Assembly: GCA_963807645.1 (NCBI GenBank)
Contig: CAWECO010000009.1
Coordinates: 66,214 to 130,213 of the forward strand
Origin: an uncultured Gemmatimonadales bacterium
GTDB lineage: Bacteria > Gemmatimonadota > Gemmatimonadetes > Palauibacterales > Palauibacteraceae
Length of the DNA stretch: 64,000 nt
Reading direction: 5' to 3'
The notes beneath the pieces were generated by a model that saw nothing but the letters and a program-made list of their open reading frames with translations, made no database searches and was not told the origin of the DNA. The translations under genes were made by a program, and so were the position numbers. Position 1 is the stretch's first letter, and each line of letters opens with the position of its first letter. This document shows positions 63,744 through 64,000 of this stretch, in pieces.

Positions 63744-64000
63744 GGCTTCCGCCGCAGATCCAGGTCGTGGAAATCGTAGCTGAAGTCCACGGACGGTGAA
63801 GCCGCCTTCATCCGCGCCCCGGCTACGCTTCCGTCGGTCGCCAATTCGAACGTGATGAACGCATCGGCCCGCAGCTCACGATCTCTCCAGCGCACGAAGA
63901 ACGTATCGTACTGCCAGTGCTCGAGGTCGCCCAGAAGAGACTCCGTGCGGCTGAACTGAATCTCCAGTCCGCCTTCTCCTTCCGCGATCATGACGTCGCC
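63740..64000 (-). CDS. 3' end of a gene truncated by the window edge (C-terminal beta-sandwich-like domain, as found at the end of some serine hydrolases/beta-lactamase-like proteins)
   Basis: Frame open to nt 64000. ...LEHWQYDTFFVRWRDRELRADAFITFELATDGSVAGARMKAASPSVDFSYDFHDLDLRRKP. The family call is tentative. Confidence 0.4.
   Translation of the reverse strand, partial: GDVMIAEGEGGLEIQFSRTESLLGDLEHWQYDTFFVRWRDRELRADAFITFELATDGSVAGARMKAASPSVDFSYDFHDLDLRRKP

Overview
GC-rich bacterial chromosomal window with diderm (outer-membrane) gene content. The taxon cannot be fixed from the sequence alone. I recognise about 57 protein-coding genes and no rRNA, tRNA, CRISPR array, transposase or integrase. 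Blocks from left to right: oxidoreductase, DUF1080 and TIM-barrel isomerase genes plus a small Phd-like + nucleotidyltransferase cassette (0-5.5 kb). MscS channel, alpha/beta hydrolase, ECF sigma/anti-sigma (5.6-10.8 kb). A trans-3-hydroxy-L-proline-type catabolic trio (11.6-14.5 kb). A large DUF4397-repeat lipoprotein (16.9-19.0 kb). Membrane GDPD, OmpA-TSP3, barrel OMP, PhoD (19.2-24.9 kb). NTP-transferase + Na/solute symporter, orphan SBP, MATE pump (25-30.2 kb). A lower-GC XRE + unknown-gene islet (30.2-31.2 kb). A tetR-OMF-MFP-RND efflux operon (31.2-37.8 kb). folE, SOD, arylsulfatase, vapBC, yihY (38-43 kb). HAD lipoprotein, porin, mscL (43.3-45.7 kb). A galactose/hexosamine cluster galK, long-form nagB, DUF481, GH109-like, EEP, GH2 (45.8-55.5 kb). 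A secreted unknown, beta-propeller lipoprotein, GroES-like gene and a second, broken phd/vapC pair (55.6-59 kb). purL (59.4-63.4 kb). Two oddities dominate. (i) Roughly 55 single-nucleotide reading-frame breaks affect about 27 genes and cluster strongly in a few hot spots. (ii) Two genes have a tandem duplication of their 5' end (porin RBS + signal peptide; first ~65 codons of purL), and the copies differ mostly at synonymous sites. Both are most simply explained by consensus or assembly problems in error-prone or strain-heterogeneous data, but this needs read-level checking. The best candidates for under-described biology are the Phd-like + minimal nucleotidyltransferase cassette (2263-3125) and the XRE + 166-aa unknown islet (30177-31175). 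Neither can be given a function from sequence alone, and I found no unambiguous novel multi-gene system. Frameshift positions and mismatch counts are by-eye estimates.
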